NCBI RefSeq assembly: GCF_018350175.1
Contig: NC_058368.1
Location: 215,266,001-215,330,000, forward strand
From: Felis catus
Lineage: Eukaryota
DNA length: 64,000 bases
Reading direction: 5' to 3'
Shown here piece after piece: positions 25,466 to 38,849 of this stretch. Positions within the stretch are counted from its first letter, which is position 1; each line of letters begins with the position of its first letter. Both the position numbers and the translations under genes were made by a program. The notes beneath the pieces were generated by a model. That model worked only from the letters and a program-made list of their open reading frames with translations, was not told the origin of the DNA and searched no databases.

Positions 25466-26419
25466 CCATTCATGTGACTTAGATGATTGTCTCTCCTTTT
25501 CTCTTCATTCAGGAGGCATAATGTACAACACTGTACCAAGGTTCTCATATATGCTTACTATATTTTTTCTTCCCTCCTCAGATGCAGAATTTCAGAGACT
25601 TAAAAAGATTTTGTGACCCCTAAATTGTTATAGAAATACAACTTACATTATATATTTGTATGTTCAGTTATATACTTGTCAAATATCCATGTATCAAGTA
25701 ATTTTTATGAGTTTAATTGGAAATTGATTAAGCCATTCAGAAATTTGACTGTGTATATCAAACAAATGCCAGTACACATTCATGAAATATTGCTAAACTG
25801 AAGATTGTATTCATGAAAATAGCAAAGCATTAGATTCTTAAAATATTGTGATTTTAAAACTAGATGATAATGAGACATTAAGCATTATTAAATAAAGATA
25901 GGATATTTATTATAATGTAGGACTTCAGATTTCTTATTTTGGAGGTCACTGGAATAAGGAGAAAGCAAAAAATGCTAAAGCATACATAATATAAACTAAA
26001 TGGCTACATATATTTAAATTCATATATACTCAAGGGTACCACTTCTGACAAATCTTACTAAATGTCAAGCTTAATTATAAAACTGAAGGCAATTTTAATT
26101 ATCAATTAATATAATTTTAGAGGCTTTTAAGAATTTGAGAATCTCTCAAATCTTACTTAAATCAACTTCATTGATTGTTAATGCAGCCAGCTGTCTTAGA
26201 TTTCAAGAAAATATATTTACTACTAACATTTTGAATAATCTTTTTAAAGCCAACAAATGGCTCCAAAAATCTATCAGAAAGAATACTTAACTATAATATC
26301 CTATAGAGGAGATTTTTGTGTTCTCTGAATTTTATAATAAAATGTTTTACAGAATTTTTTGTTAATTTAGCATCAGCTCAATAATGCATGCATAGGAAAA
26401 AAATATCTAAGAGACTACA

Positions 26420-27008
26420 TGTATTAGTTATCTCTTGCTGTGTAACAAATTACCACAAACTTGGTGACTTAAAAAAACAACACAGTATTTATCTCACAGT
26501 TTCTGTAGTCCAAGAGTCTTGTCATAGCCTCTCTAGGTCCTCTGAAGGCGGTGCCCAATCTTGCCAGAATGGGGCTGTCATGTGGAGACTTGAATGGTGA
26601 TGCATCTGTTTTCACCTCACTCAGGTTGTTCGCAGAGTTCATTCCGTTGCTGCTCTAGGACTGAGGCTTGGGCTTCCTGGCTGTTGGCTAGAGGCCATTC
26701 TCAACTCCAAGCGATTGCCTTTGATTCCTTTAGGCTACAAACTTTTATGGGCCAGTGTTTTTGCCATTTGAACTCCCCATTGTGGCCATTGACTTCATCA
26801 AGCCAGCAAAGAAAATCTCTAGAGCAAGCCTGCCAGCAAGACGTTGTTTTATGAAAAGTGCACAATCACAGGACTGATTTCTCATCACCTTTCCATATTA
26901 TATTAGTAAGAAGCAGGTCATAGATCCTGCCCACACTCAGGGGAGAAGATTATGTGAAGAAGTGAATATTTGGAGGGGAGATTATACAACCTAGAATCTT
27001 TCCATCAG
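26420..27008 (-). mobile_element. MaLR solo LTR, MLT1E/F-like
   Basis: tgtattagttatctcttgctgtgtaacaaattaccacaaacttggtgactt...agaagcaggtcatagatcctgcccacactcaggggagaagattat. Confidence 0.88.
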
Positions 27009-27683
27009 ACTATAGAAACAATAAACTTACAAAATTTTAAGTCTAGTTTCAGGTCAGGAACAATGATTTGGAAACTACTCTAGAAATTCAGTTCTCTGAA
27101 CAACATATACTTCCCAACACTTTCCTAATGAAGGTTTGGGAATGTCATAGTTTATCCATAATTGGTTATTGAATGAATAGCTGATGAATGATGAAGGAAT
27201 GATGAATAATTATGAAGGAGTAATGAATAAATGAAGGATTGCATGTTTAGTTTTATCTTATACAGCCACTAAAATAAATGATTTCTCCATAAACAAATGA
27301 GAAGTAGATGAATAAGGGAGAATATAAGCTTAATGACTTTGGTTTTTTGTTTTGTTTTGTTTTGTTTTGGTGACAAAATGTGTCCTTTTCCTTTTTTAAA
27401 AAAAATAAGAGATAAAGGTTCACTGAGTGCACTTTATGAGAATGTTCACCTAATGCACTTTTTCCCCATATACTCACCATTTTTCCAATACAATAGAGTC
27501 CAATGAGTTCTTTATAAAAGGCAGAGACATTTGGAAAATTAGGAACCCTGTTTCCATTTCCCTGTTTCCACATTATTACAAATAATGGTCCAATGCAAAT
27601 AATTACAAATTACAAATAATACAAGTGGTACCAACAGTATATATGGAGGCAGTTGTAGCAATACATTTAAAAATGTAAAATAT

Positions 27684-27850
27684 GGGGTACCTGGGTGGCT
27701 CAGTCCATAGAGCATCCAATTTCGACTTGGGTCATGAACTCATGGTTTGTGAGTTCAAGCCCCAAGTCAGGCTCTGTGCTGACAGCTCAGAGCCTGGAGC
27801 CTGCTTCAGATATTGTGTCTTTCTCTCTCTCTGTTCCTCCCCTGCTCACA

Positions 27851-27898
<48 letters not shown>

Positions 27899-27915
27899 AA
27901 TAAATAAGGATTTTT
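27684..27915 (+). mobile_element. CanSINE
   Basis: Head ggggtacctgggtggctcag, (CT)n tract; degenerate TSD aatgtaaaatat / aatgtaagatgt. Confidence 0.96.
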
Positions 27916-28180
27916 TTTAATGTAAGATGTATTACTTACCAGCCCAAGGATAAAATGTTATAGTGCAGATGAAATTAATAAAGCATTTTTATCTTCCAAC
28001 TGTGACAGCTTTTTATCTTCAAGCATATTAGACCTACATACAGCAGGTGCATAGCCCTTAGTGGCAGGCCAGTTACTCCCTCACCACATGTTGCTGTGAA
28101 AATTCATTGCAAGGGAGCAAAAATAGAAGATTTTTTTTTACTGCTGTTTGCAATCTCTGGTCAAGACAAAACTGCACAAC

Positions 28181-28400
28181 GGGGCACCTGGGTGGCTCAA
28201 TCAGTTAAGGTCCTACTCTTGGTTTTGGCCCAGGTCATGATCTCATGATTTCATGAGTTCAAGCCCCGCGTTGGACTCTGTGCTGACAATGCAGAGGAGA
28301 CTACTTGGGATTCTCTCTCTCCCTCTCTTGCTGCCCATCACCCCTCAAGCTGTCTCTCTCTCTCTCAAAATAAAAAATAACTTTAAAAAATTAAAAAAAA
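28181..28400 (+). mobile_element. CanSINE (older subfamily)
   Basis: Head ggggcacctgggtggctcaa; TSD aagacaaaactgca at 28163-28176 and 28401-28414. Confidence 0.96.
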
Positions 28401-29533
28401 AAGACAAAACTGCATTTGTAGCTCTGAGATACAAGAAACAATACTGGTAAGAACATGTTAGGAAAAAATGCAGAAGAGTTTTTTCATGTCACAATCTATG
28501 GGAGTGTAGAATTTGACTTGTTCATGTAAAATTGGAAGCTCTGAGAATATATCGAATTCAAGTCTATGTCATTCTTGCAAATAGATGACTCTTGCTTAAT
28601 TTAGTGAGTTATTCTATTTAAATAAAGGCTGTGAATATTTTTACTGCAACATTTTTATAAAAGCATAAATTTAAATATAATTTACTATTTTCACATTTTA
28701 GAAATCAATATTTATATGATGCTATTTTGAGAAACGTTTGGAAAATATGCACTATTGGAATTATTAGGTTGTTAAGAACTCCTTCTGTAGCCTCTTCCTA
28801 GCTCCTATTTTCTCCCTTTTGAAAAAGAACATTTATGATATTCTGGAACATAACACAATAGTTACTTAATTATTGTTACTTTCAGATAGGAATAAAAATA
28901 ACTAATCTAATACACTTTATTTATAATTGATGCAAATGAAATTATATAAATATTACTTTAAATTCAAAACAGATATCAGCTAACCACTGACATAAATGTT
29001 TGTAAACTTATTCAATGGAACTTTAAATGTTTCCCTTCTCTCCAGAAGTTCTGCATTTCTAGCTAATACTGTTCAATGTGTCTTGACAGACTACATAAAT
29101 TTTACATAAATTTCCAGCTTGTTAAACTTTTTTTCCTATTAAGAACTTTTGAAAATTTGTCAATCTATTATTGTTGCATATGCATGAGTGGTGTCATACA
29201 AACAAACGCAGAATTAAAAGTGTCTGGAAATCTTTTAATATTTTTCACATTTCATCTCCTCTAAGCCAAAGATATTCTTTTAAATATGTGTATAAAGTTC
29301 TCGTCACTTCCTCATTAAATATTTCTGCAATTCCATTAAAGCTTTCACACATGATAGCAATGCCATCTTAGGCCTGGAAACACATTTTCTTCACATAATA
29401 ATGGCTATACTGAATTTTTTTTAACTGTTTAAGTTATACTCATCTTCACTATCAGTTGAAAACAAGGAGTATGGTCTCTGCGGGCATCATATCCCATTGA
29501 CAGACGTGACTTCATCTATAGACACAGTATTGA

Positions 29534-29894
29534 CGTTGCAAACTGCATGTTTGTATCCCACCAAAACTCATATCTTGAAACCTTAACTCCAGAGGTGGTA
29601 GTGTAAGGTTGGGGCTTTTAGGAGGGGATTAGTCATGAGGGCAGAGCTCCCATGAATGAGATTAGTTGCTTTATATAAGACACCACAGAGCTCTCTCTCA
29701 CTCTTTTTATACCATGCAAGAATAAAAGGAGAAGTAGGTTTTCTGCAGCCTGGAAAGGGATTCTACCAAAACTTGACCATGCTGGCACCCTGATCTTGGA
29801 CTTGAAACCTCCAAAACTGTGAGAAATGAATGTTTGCTGTTTAAGCCCTCCAGCCTATGGTAACCTGTTATAATAGTCTGAACTGACCAACACA
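29534..29894 (+). mobile_element. MaLR solo LTR, MLT1A-like
   Basis: ggggcttttaggaggggattagtcatgagggcagagctcccatgaatgagattag...gctggcaccctgatcttggactt...actgtgagaaatgaatgtttgctgtttaagcc. Confidence 0.9.
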
Positions 29895-30299
29895 CTGGGT
29901 AACCTGTGTAATTGTTGATCCCAGTTATGATCTCTTTTGACATTTGGATCTTTTTTTTTCCCAAAGATTTTCTTTTAAAAACAGACATATTGTGAATGAT
30001 GCATTGCCATACTCAACTCCTTTTTTCAAAACAATACCATATTACATTCTAATCATCAAATATTTGGGGACTGGCACATACTTTGAGATGTGTCATGAAA
30101 TGTTGTACTTTTAAAGTAACTTTATAGAATGTCTTTCATTATATTTGGTATACATGATTTTGAATTGAAATGTTAGCTATGTTTTTCCGTTATAATGAGG
30201 CCAGATTTAACTTGATAATTTCCTATTGGTGATACAGGTAGTTATTTTGCATTTCTGTCCTCAATATTATCCTTGTTTCTCCAACAGGCACTCTGGATT

Positions 30300-30690
30300 G
30301 AGGGTCTTTGCATGTACTGCTCTTTGGGTACAAGTGTTTTTCTCCACATCATGCCTGTCTGGCAAAATCCATTATTCCCCTTAAGACCTTCCTCAAATAT
30401 CATTCTCATAAGGAGGTCTACACTGACCCTATTTGCTCTCTGGACCTTTTGAATTTTTTCCAAAGCCAAGTCCTCCCTGTTTACTTTACTTGGAAATAAT
30501 TCAACTAACTTTTACCATAGAATTATCATTAGTTATCATAATATGTAAGTTACTTATTATACCTGTATTGTTTATTGTCCCTGTACTCCAGAAGACAGAA
30601 ATAATTTATTTTGTTTATTGATGTGTCCCACACACTTAGAAGAGATCCCAACATATAGTAGGGAATGAATACGTACATGTTAAATGGGTA
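30300..30690 (+). mobile_element. L2 3' end
   Basis: ttaagaccttcctcaaatatcattct...; cacacttagaagagatcccaacatatagtaggg...gtacatgttaaatg. Confidence 0.6.
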
Positions 30691-31979
30691 CACCAATTTG
30701 GGAATGAATAAAGGAATCAGTAAAATCCTAGCTTCCCTAAATGACATATTGGAAGTTTTTGGTTTTTTTATTAAAAATGAAAATGCAGATTTATATTTTG
30801 ATACACTTTTGAAGTAATCAAAATTAATGAAAAAGATCATATGTTTACCATAATGATCTCAGAACAATTTTGGAGGTCTGAAAGAAAAATAAATATCTAC
30901 AAGAGTAATTTCTTTTGGTGAACAGGTGGAAAGAATACACAAATTTAGAGAGCATGTGAGTAAATATTACCTCTATTACTTATGCCAATGTATAGAATTT
31001 AGTTTCTACCTTAAAAAAATCAGACCACCTTATTGTTATTTGATCCTTACCAAACAGAACTGTGGGCTATGTTTCAGAATTTATATACCTGATTTTTAAA
31101 AATTTATTTTAGCAGTTCTGTAAAGCTTCCCATCATAGTTATTCCTTTTTTCTCTTTTCTCTATGATGTTCAGTAGAAAACACATACCTTATTTTACCTT
31201 GTCTAGAGGTTGTGTTCATACAAAAAGGTAACTTCCTAATTAATAAATTTCCAAGGTGAAAAAACCTAAGGTATCCAAAGTCTTTCCAAAAATCAATAAT
31301 CACTTCAAGTGAAAATTAGTTTAAAATCATTAATTTAGTTAACAGTTCAAGAAATACTTACCCCCCCCTTCCATAAGTCCAGCCCATAGTATTGGTTCAT
31401 GACTGAAGGAATAGATCATTATTTCCTCTGCTGAATACCAAATAAAGTAATAGACTGGACTTTAGGAGTCTAGTTTTAGAAAAAGAAGAAAAATATCTTC
31501 ACACACTGTAGCTACATTCAGACTGGTGAAATGGTAGTGCAAACCTTGGGAAAGGACAGTCATATTTCTTATCAGAAGAGATCTCACAGGTATTGGTTCA
31601 TTGATGGAATTGCACTGGAATTTCAGGTGGAACTGTATACACCTTGAAGATTCTCTACTCCTCTCTGTGCCTCTTTCCCTTTCCCCCTCCAACTGAAGTA
31701 TATAGAATGTACCACTGAGGTCACTATTAAGGCATAAGGAGTTTGATTCTCTCTATTCCCCTGAAAAGTATAAGTGTTGGTTGGAGGATGTTACAAAAAC
31801 ACTATAATTTTCCTGAAATTCCACTCTGGACAACAAGCTGTGTAATCAGTGTCCCAAGGTTTCAGATACCTCTCAGGGCAGTAGTATTTTGTAAAAAGGT
31901 TGAGATTAAGAAAAAAAAATTGCAACACAGTTCAAACCTTATCATTAATACTGTTTATCCTTTCATAAACATCAGTGGC

Positions 31980-32331
31980 TGTTATGGACTGAATGTTTGT
32001 GTTTCCCAAAGTTCATATGTTGGAAACCCTAATCCCTAATGTTATGGTATTAGGTGGCAGGTCCTTTGGGAGGTAATTGGATCAGGAGAGCTGAGCCCTC
32101 ATGATGCAATTAGTCTCTTGTCAGAAGAGAGCTTGCTCTCTGTGTTCTCTCTGCCATGGAGGACACAAGGAGAAGGAAGCCATCTGAAAATTAGGAAACA
32201 AGTTCTCACTAGGGGCCAGCACCTTCATCTCAGACTTCTTAGCCTCCAGAACTGTAAGGTACGTGTTTGCTGTTTCAGCCACACAGTTGGTAATGGTAAT
32301 TCGTTAATAACAGCCCAATCTAACTAGGACA
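31980..32331 (+). mobile_element. MaLR solo LTR, MLT1A-like, complete
   Basis: tgttatggactgaatgtttgtg ... taactaggaca with TG..CA ends and a perfect 5-bp TSD gtggc (31975-31979, 32332-32336). Confidence 0.95.
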
Positions 32332-32686
32332 GTGGCCATATCAAGTTTTACATTTGATTTAGCAGTTTGTTAATATCTTTTAAAATTCAAAATATATCAA
32401 CCCTCTTCACTTCCCCTTCCTGCCCAGTGTTGGTGGAAAAAACATCCTCAGTCTAGGATTCAATGCTCTGCCAGTACTCGCACATCACTACATGGTACAA
32501 TATGATCTATAGAGCCAGAAAACTCAAATTAAAGTAAATTTGCATCAATAAGGAGATGACTGAAAAAAATTCAGTGTATCATATCATGGAATAATATATC
32601 TTTTTCAAAATAGTGAGTTTCTTCTGAATTTATTGACTGAAAGAGGCTTCCATGATGCTCTATATAGATCTATATAGATCTATATA

Positions 32687-33181
32687 TAGATCTTCCTCAA
32701 TTTACGATGAGATTATGTCCCAGTAAACCTATCATAAGTGGAAAATATTGTTAAGTCAAAAATGCATTTAATATTCCTAACCTACCAAATATCAAACATG
32801 GTAGCCTAGCTTAGCCTATTTTAAGTGTGCTCAGAGCAGTTACTTTAGCCTACAGTTGGGCAAAATCATCTATCACAAAGACTATTTTATAACGAAGAGT
32901 TGACCATCTCATGTAATTTACTGAATACTGTACTGGAAGTGAAAAAATGCAATGGCTGAATGTGGACAGAACAGTTCTAACTGTATCAGTTTTTCACTTT
33001 GGTTCACGTGGCTTACAGGTTGCCTAAAATCTCTAGAGGGTATCATACCACACGTTGCTAGTCTTGGAAAAGATAAAAATTTAGAATTCAAAGAATGGTT
33101 TCTATTGAATGTGTATTGATTTTGCACCATTGTAAAGTTGAATAATTGTAAATTGAACCATAGTAAGTCAGCGACTGTCTG
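32687..33181 (-). mobile_element. TcMar-Tigger non-autonomous element, MER47/Tigger5-like
   Basis: TIR-like ends (tagatcttcctcaatttacgatg / catagtaagtcagcgactgtctg) flanked by TA; core ctagcttagcctat...tagcctacagttgggcaaaatcatcta. Confidence 0.9.
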
Positions 33182-35076
33182 TACAGTATTATATCTTGAT
33201 GTAAATCACAAATGAATAAGCAACATCCAAAACTTATATAATTTCATAACCATGAAGAAGGATTTTGAAGGAGAAATACTAATCTAGTAACACTGTTTAT
33301 AGAAAGGAGGTGGAAAGGGGAAAGTAGAGGGGAAGATGCAGGTTAGATTCTAATAAAACAAGTAACTAAGAACCTCAAAAATGTCCAGCCACACGGGTGA
33401 TGTTTAAAATGGCAAAAACTTAAGTAAACACCTGTATGTTTATATGCATATATATGCATGCCATGGGAGTTTGGATGGATTGATTTTGTTACTTCCAAAC
33501 ATGATATTTTGTTGCTAATTAAAAACTGATGCACATTTTTAATTAACATAAGACTATTGATAGAAAAAAACCGGAACCATCTTATATAGTGTAATCTCAT
33601 TTATTTCAGGAGATACAATGGAGAATTTCTAAGTTTTCTTTAGAAAATTATATTTTTAATTTATTTCATAACTAAATAGTGTAAAAACAATAAAATATTT
33701 CACTACAATTCAAAAACAGGAAATATGGAAAATCTATGAAAATTGTGAGGAATGCTCTTGGGGACAGTAGTGATTCAGAGTGAAAAGGAACCAAGGTGCC
33801 ATATTTAGTAAAACACATTGTGCAAGCAGTGACATCTGGCCCTTCTCCTATCCAAACATTTTAGTTTTCATCTGCCCTTTGCAGGTGGTTTGTTAGGGAA
33901 TTTAAGTGGAAGTGTATAGTCACTAAATCATACCATCCTAGATTTCAATTAATTTTTTTCTATTTTTAGATTTAAGTGATTTTAAACAATTTTCTATGTT
34001 TCCTGAACTAAAAATTCTGCATTTTAAAACTAATACTTTGCAGAAGGCTTTTCAAGGTAACATGGTTGTGTCCCTTTCTCCAACTGCAGGTCCCAAATAT
34101 TCCCACCTGCTCTTGCTGTCACTACACCTCATTTGAGATTTCTTTTTCTCCAATGCCTGGCTTCCAACATCCACAGAGCAATGAACAAGAGAAAGGGTTA
34201 ACAGCACTTGAATCAGATACTGAGATATTACAAGTCTACCCTGGTCTTCTGGGGTTTAAGATCTCAGGATGTTCTCTTAAACTAGTTGATTCAAGGTCCA
34301 AGTAAAATGCCACATAACAAACAGCTCCTTAAGATGTCTGCCATCCATTCCTTGCCTGCTTCCCCACTTCCCTCAGACCAGGACGGGGCCAAGCAGGCAG
34401 TTGTAAACAAATGACAGAATAATTGAATAAACAATTATAAATTCATCCTTCACTTCAATTCTTATATATTCTCATAGAATTGGGAAAGGAGGTTGAAAGG
34501 TGATAAACAGTCACGTGTTAGGCTAAATACTTCCAAGTGGAATGAAAGGTGAAGTTGCATTGTCGTACAAGAATTTCCATCCTAGCACTCCCATCCCTGC
34601 AATTTAATCTCTGGAGTGGTATTTAATTCAGGATAAAATAGTATTCAGCTGGTTTCTTGCTTATTACCATATTAATATTATTAATACTTAACTCAGTATC
34701 TCATTATTCAGAATTGAGGTGGTAAAGATCAGGTTGTATTTATGGCTCTATATAAGGACTGAGAAGGTTCTGGCTCTAAGACTAGCCTACTCTGTCCTCC
34801 CATCTGTCTGGTTGGAAAAGCCTTATTGAAATCCTTCTTTGTAGGACAAAGCCATAAGTAATGAGCTTTAAATTTACCAGGGCTAAATCTACACCAGGAA
34901 AAATTCTAAGAGTATGACCAAGTTTTTGGATGCTACCTCTGGACAGTCAGCATATATCACTAAGCAACTAAATAAGCTCCTGTGCATAGAACTTTAAGTG
35001 CAGTGCCCAACACATGATGATGATGATGTTAATTTATTGGCAGTATTGCACTGATTCCCAAATGGTTTTGGTCTCA

Positions 35077-35261
35077 GGGACTCAGATAAGCTCACTTGGA
35101 TAAGCATCAGTTGCATAAGCATCTGACTCTTGATTTCAGCTCAGGTCATGATCTTACGGTTTGTGAGTTTGAGCCCCTTGTTGAACTCTGCTGATAGTGC
35201 AGAGCCTGCTTGGGATTCTCTCTCTTTCCCTCTCTCTCTGCCCCTCCCTGCTTGCAAGCAT

Positions 35262-35334
<73 letters not shown>

Positions 35335-35390
35335 TACACAATGTAATATATAATGTAATATAATATATAATATATATTAATATATTAAAA
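35077..35390 (+). mobile_element. CanSINE with degenerate head and (TA)n tail (35274-35328)
   Basis: Body gactcttgatttcagctcaggtcatgatc...gagcctgcttgggattctc; the head has a short duplication of ataagcatc. Confidence 0.9.
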
Positions 35391-35476
35391 GCTCAAAAAA
35401 CTTTATTACATGTTAACATGGAAAACATACTTTTTTATGAAAATAAGCGTATTTTAGAAAATATTTAGTAAGAGGT

Positions 35477-35966
35477 AGTGTTAGTTTTCTTTAGATAACT
35501 AGATATTTCAGTAAAATATGTAGACATATATAGAAATAGATTTATTATGAGGGATTGGCTCATGGATTGTCAAGACTGAGAAATCCCATGATCTCAGTCT
35601 ATACACTGGAGCCCCAAGAAAGCCAGTGGTATAGCTCTTCTCCAAACTTGGAGGCCTGAGAACCATAGAAGACAGTGGTGTAAGTCCCAGTCTGAGTCTG
35701 AAGGTTCAAGCACCTGAGCACCAATGTCCAATATCCTAGGGCAAGAGAAGATGGATGTCCCAGCTTGTACAGAGAGTACATTCATCTTTCCTCTTTTTGT
35801 TCTATTCAAGCCCTCAGTAGACTGGATGATTACTACATTGTGGGGAGTGGTCTACCATTTCAAATACTGAAGGACATCCTCACAGACACTCCCACTAATA
35901 ATGGTTTACCAGCAATCTGAGTATCCCTTAGCCCGGTCAAGTTGATACATCAAATGAACCATCACC
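35477..35966 (-). mobile_element. MLT2B/C-like ERVL solo LTR
   Basis: gatttattatgagggattggctcat...gagaagatggatgtcccagct...tcaagttgatacatcaaatgaaccatcac. Confidence 0.9.
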
Positions 35967-36019
35967 TAAGTGACAATGCTTTATACTCTTTTGTTTTTTC
36001 AAATGTCTTTAATAGTTGG

Positions 36020-36309
36020 TTCAATGATGTTCAAAAGAAATATAGAGCAAGGCACAAGTATTAGCCATATATACAATTTTACATTTTCCTGTTTTAAAAA
36101 AAAGAACAAATTACATTAATCGTAATATGCTTTCTTTTTCAGTATATCCAAACTATTTTCAATTTAACATGTAATTAATGTACACAGTTATTAAGATAGT
36201 TTACTTTCTTTTTTCACACAAAATCTTTTAAATCCTATAGTTGTTTTGTACTACAGCTCAGTGCTCAATGGCCATGTGAAGATAGTGGATATTATACGGA
36301 ACAACACTG
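36020..36309. mobile_element. hAT MITE, MER33-like
   Basis: cagtatatccaaactattttcaatttaacatgtaat...gtgctcaatggccatgtgaagatagtggatattatacggaacaacactg. Confidence 0.65.
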
Positions 36310-36928
36310 GTTTGGTGGAAGAAAGCTACTTTCAATGTGGTGTTGATATCACATACCATTTGGCTTCTTGAAATCTTCTCTATACTTATTAGAAAAATGA
36401 GAATAAACAGACAATAATTTATAACTTATTATGAAAATAATTTGATCTCAGAGACCTCCTGAAATTGTCTCAGTGACCCCTAGGGGTCTCTAAACTACAC
36501 TTGGGAGGAACTTCTACACTGAAGAGGTGAATTGATTCTTGTCTTCCGAAGTTTGAAAGTGTAGTGGGTCTTTCTTTCCTACCTCTTTGCCCCTCTTCAG
36601 TGGTAACAGAAATATACTGGCCTCCCTTCTACTGTGTGGTTCTCAGGAAACTCATAGAAGTGGTTGAGTTGGGAATGTAAGCTTGTGCAGCTTTCTGTTC
36701 TAGATTTTCTTGGCTGCCAGGTCAACCTAGGAAATAGAAAATCTTTCCATAAGGCTCCTGCCTCCTTCAGGCTTACATTGGAAATGCTCATGTTTACTTA
36801 ACTCTTGCCTGAGTTGTTTGCTTATTTGTTTCTTTTAATCATTAGTCCCCTTTAAGAAGCCTCACCCCCAAGGCATCCCTGCTCCCTTTTCACCCATCTG
36901 CCATGTGAATGAGAGAAGGCAATTGGCC

Positions 36929-36929
<1 letters not shown>

Positions 36930-36976
<47 letters not shown>

Positions 36977-37065
36977 TTTCTTTCTTCCTCCCTCCCTCCC
37001 TCCCTCCCTCCCTCCCTCCCTTCCTTCCTTCCTTCCTTCCTTCCTTCCTTCCTTCCTTCCTTTCC
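36930..37065. repeat. Compound (TTTC)n(CCCT)n(TTCC)n microsatellite
   Basis: Directly visible; adjoins an L1 tail. Confidence 0.95.
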
Positions 37066-37074
37066 TGCTATCTT

Positions 37075-37510
37075 AATTTTTAATATTTTATTTCCAGTAT
37101 AGTTAACATAGTGCTATGTTAATTTCAGGTGTACAGTATAATGATTCAACAATTCCATACCTCACAATTCCAGTGCTCATCACAAGTGCACTCCTTAATC
37201 CCCATCACCTGTTTCACCCATCTCTCACCCACCTACCCTCTGGTTACCATCAGTTTGTTCGCTGTTGTTAAGAATCTGTTTCTTGATTTCTCTCTCGCGC
37301 TCTCTCTTTCTCGTGCTCTCTCTCTCTCTTTTCCTTTGCTCATTTGTTTTGTGTCTTAAATTTCACATATGAGTGAAATCATATGGTATTTGTCTTTCTC
37401 TAACTGACTTATTTCGCTTAGCATTATACTCTCTAGTTCCATCCACGTCATTGCAAATGGCAAGATTTCATTCCTTTTTATGGCTGAGTAATATTCCAGT
37501 GTATATACAT
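37075..37510 (-). mobile_element. Carnivore L1 3' end (5'-truncated)
   Basis: catatgagtgaaatcatatggtatttgtctttctct...gcaaatggcaagatttcattcctttttatggctgagtaatattcca, the classic antisense L1 ORF2 end and 3' UTR. Confidence 0.93.
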
Positions 37511-38172
37511 GATATGTTTAATTGACAATGGGCTGTTTTCTAAAGAGTGTAACCTTCAATTCAATGTTCCAAGCTAGTTGTTTCTCTGTTTCTGTCTCTG
37601 TCTCTTCTCTCTATCTCACCACCCTACCTCACTGGTAAATATTAAGCAATTTCAAAGGGCAGAGTAATCTGCTCTCTCTACAGTGTTCTCTTTACAAACC
37701 ATTATTTTCAGGTAAAGTTTATGCTCTCAGTCTTTCAGCCTCTGGCTTTTAAAAATCTCTAGTTCTTCCAAGTCACAAACACGTTTGTCTTTACTGCTTC
37801 CAACTCAAATTTACTTGGCTCCAAATTGTCTCTTCCATCTTTTCTCTTTTCCTATTTTTGTACCCGCACTGCCCTGAGCTCACTGAACATAGAGGTGGTC
37901 TAGTTATCACCTAAATAAGATACAGTTTAAAAAGAAAGAAAAAAAAGGGAGTGAAGGAAAATTGGGGAAAAATACAGTAACCGTAACAAAAACTTGAATT
38001 AATATCTCTGGATCTTAGCCCTCCACAGATGTAAATTGAATACTACGTGGTTTCTATGATTTTCTTTTAAGAAATTTAATGATCAAAAAGTGACATAAGA
38101 AAATGCCAAAAGTAGAAACAAAGAAATGCTGTTTTAAGGAAGCCAGCTGTCTTGTATGTTTGCCAATTACCA

Positions 38173-38805
38173 TGTTGTAAGGGCAAATAAAAGTTATAAA
38201 TAATCTCCCTGTTAATAAAGGATGAGATGCCTTCCTTCCTTGTTCTTAGATCATTTACTTTAGAAAATTTATCTGAAGCACTGTATCCATTTTTGGGAAA
38301 TATTTATAAGTCCTTTTGAAAATGAGATAGAACCTTTTGCCAGCATTCGATCCCAAGAACATTTTTCTCCAGGACTTAGGAGCCATCTCCGAAATGTAAA
38401 CATCACCTCTTGTCTCTCAATTTCTGTGTGAGCAGGGGCCTAACTTCCTAGGTGAGCACGTGGCATCACGTTGCAGAACCACCTCCTTTCATAAAGATAT
38501 GAGCAGTTTATTTGGCCCATAGATAGAGCCAACTAGTGAACACACATGGTCACTCCAGTGAATCCAGGATGAACTGCAGGATTGTCAATTCCTCTTGAGG
38601 ACTAACTGCTTATCTTGAGAACGTTGTACCTGCTCGGCTTTATAACGGGGTAAAACTTATTTTTGTCTTCTCTGTATCTTAGCAGATTGCCTGCAATATG
38701 CATCACATTCTGGTTTAATGCTTGCTCAATAATAATTTTTTTTCTAATCCCTTTGTTAAGATATCTGGGTTGGGAAAAAAAGTTTTAAATTATATTTCCT
38801 CCACA
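38173..38805 (+). mobile_element. ERV1-type solo LTR (MER34-like)
   Basis: TG...CA ends; cattttactttagaaaa-like motif, gattgcctgcaatatgcatcacattctggtttaatgcttgctcaataat. Confidence 0.7.
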
Positions 38806-38814
38806 CTTTACCTT

Positions 38815-38849
38815 AACAACAACAACAACAACAACAACAATAACAACAA
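38815..38849. repeat. (AAC)n microsatellite
   Basis: Directly visible. Confidence 0.9.

Larger units (their letters stand above)
35049..36515. mobile_element. hAT Charlie1-related element (MER119-like) split by three insertions
   Basis: Left end cactgattcccaaatggttttggtctcagg; middle ttacatgttaacat...tttttatgaaaataa; right end ttattatgaaaataatttgatctcagagacctcctgaaa...ggggtctctaaactacacttgggag. Confidence 0.7.

Noticed and set aside
25555..25625. Strong plus-strand acceptor (ttttttcttccctcctcag) before a short frame DAEFQRLKKIL*
   Set aside because: Isolated site with no supported upstream exons; expected by chance in 64 kb.
27478..27509. 32-bp minus-strand micro-exon with a gtgagt donor
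   Set aside because: Weak aag acceptor, unrecognised peptide, and not distinguishable from chance.
30926..30955. 30-bp plus-strand micro-exon (VERIHKFREH)
   Set aside because: Poor polypyrimidine tract and donor context; no linked exons.
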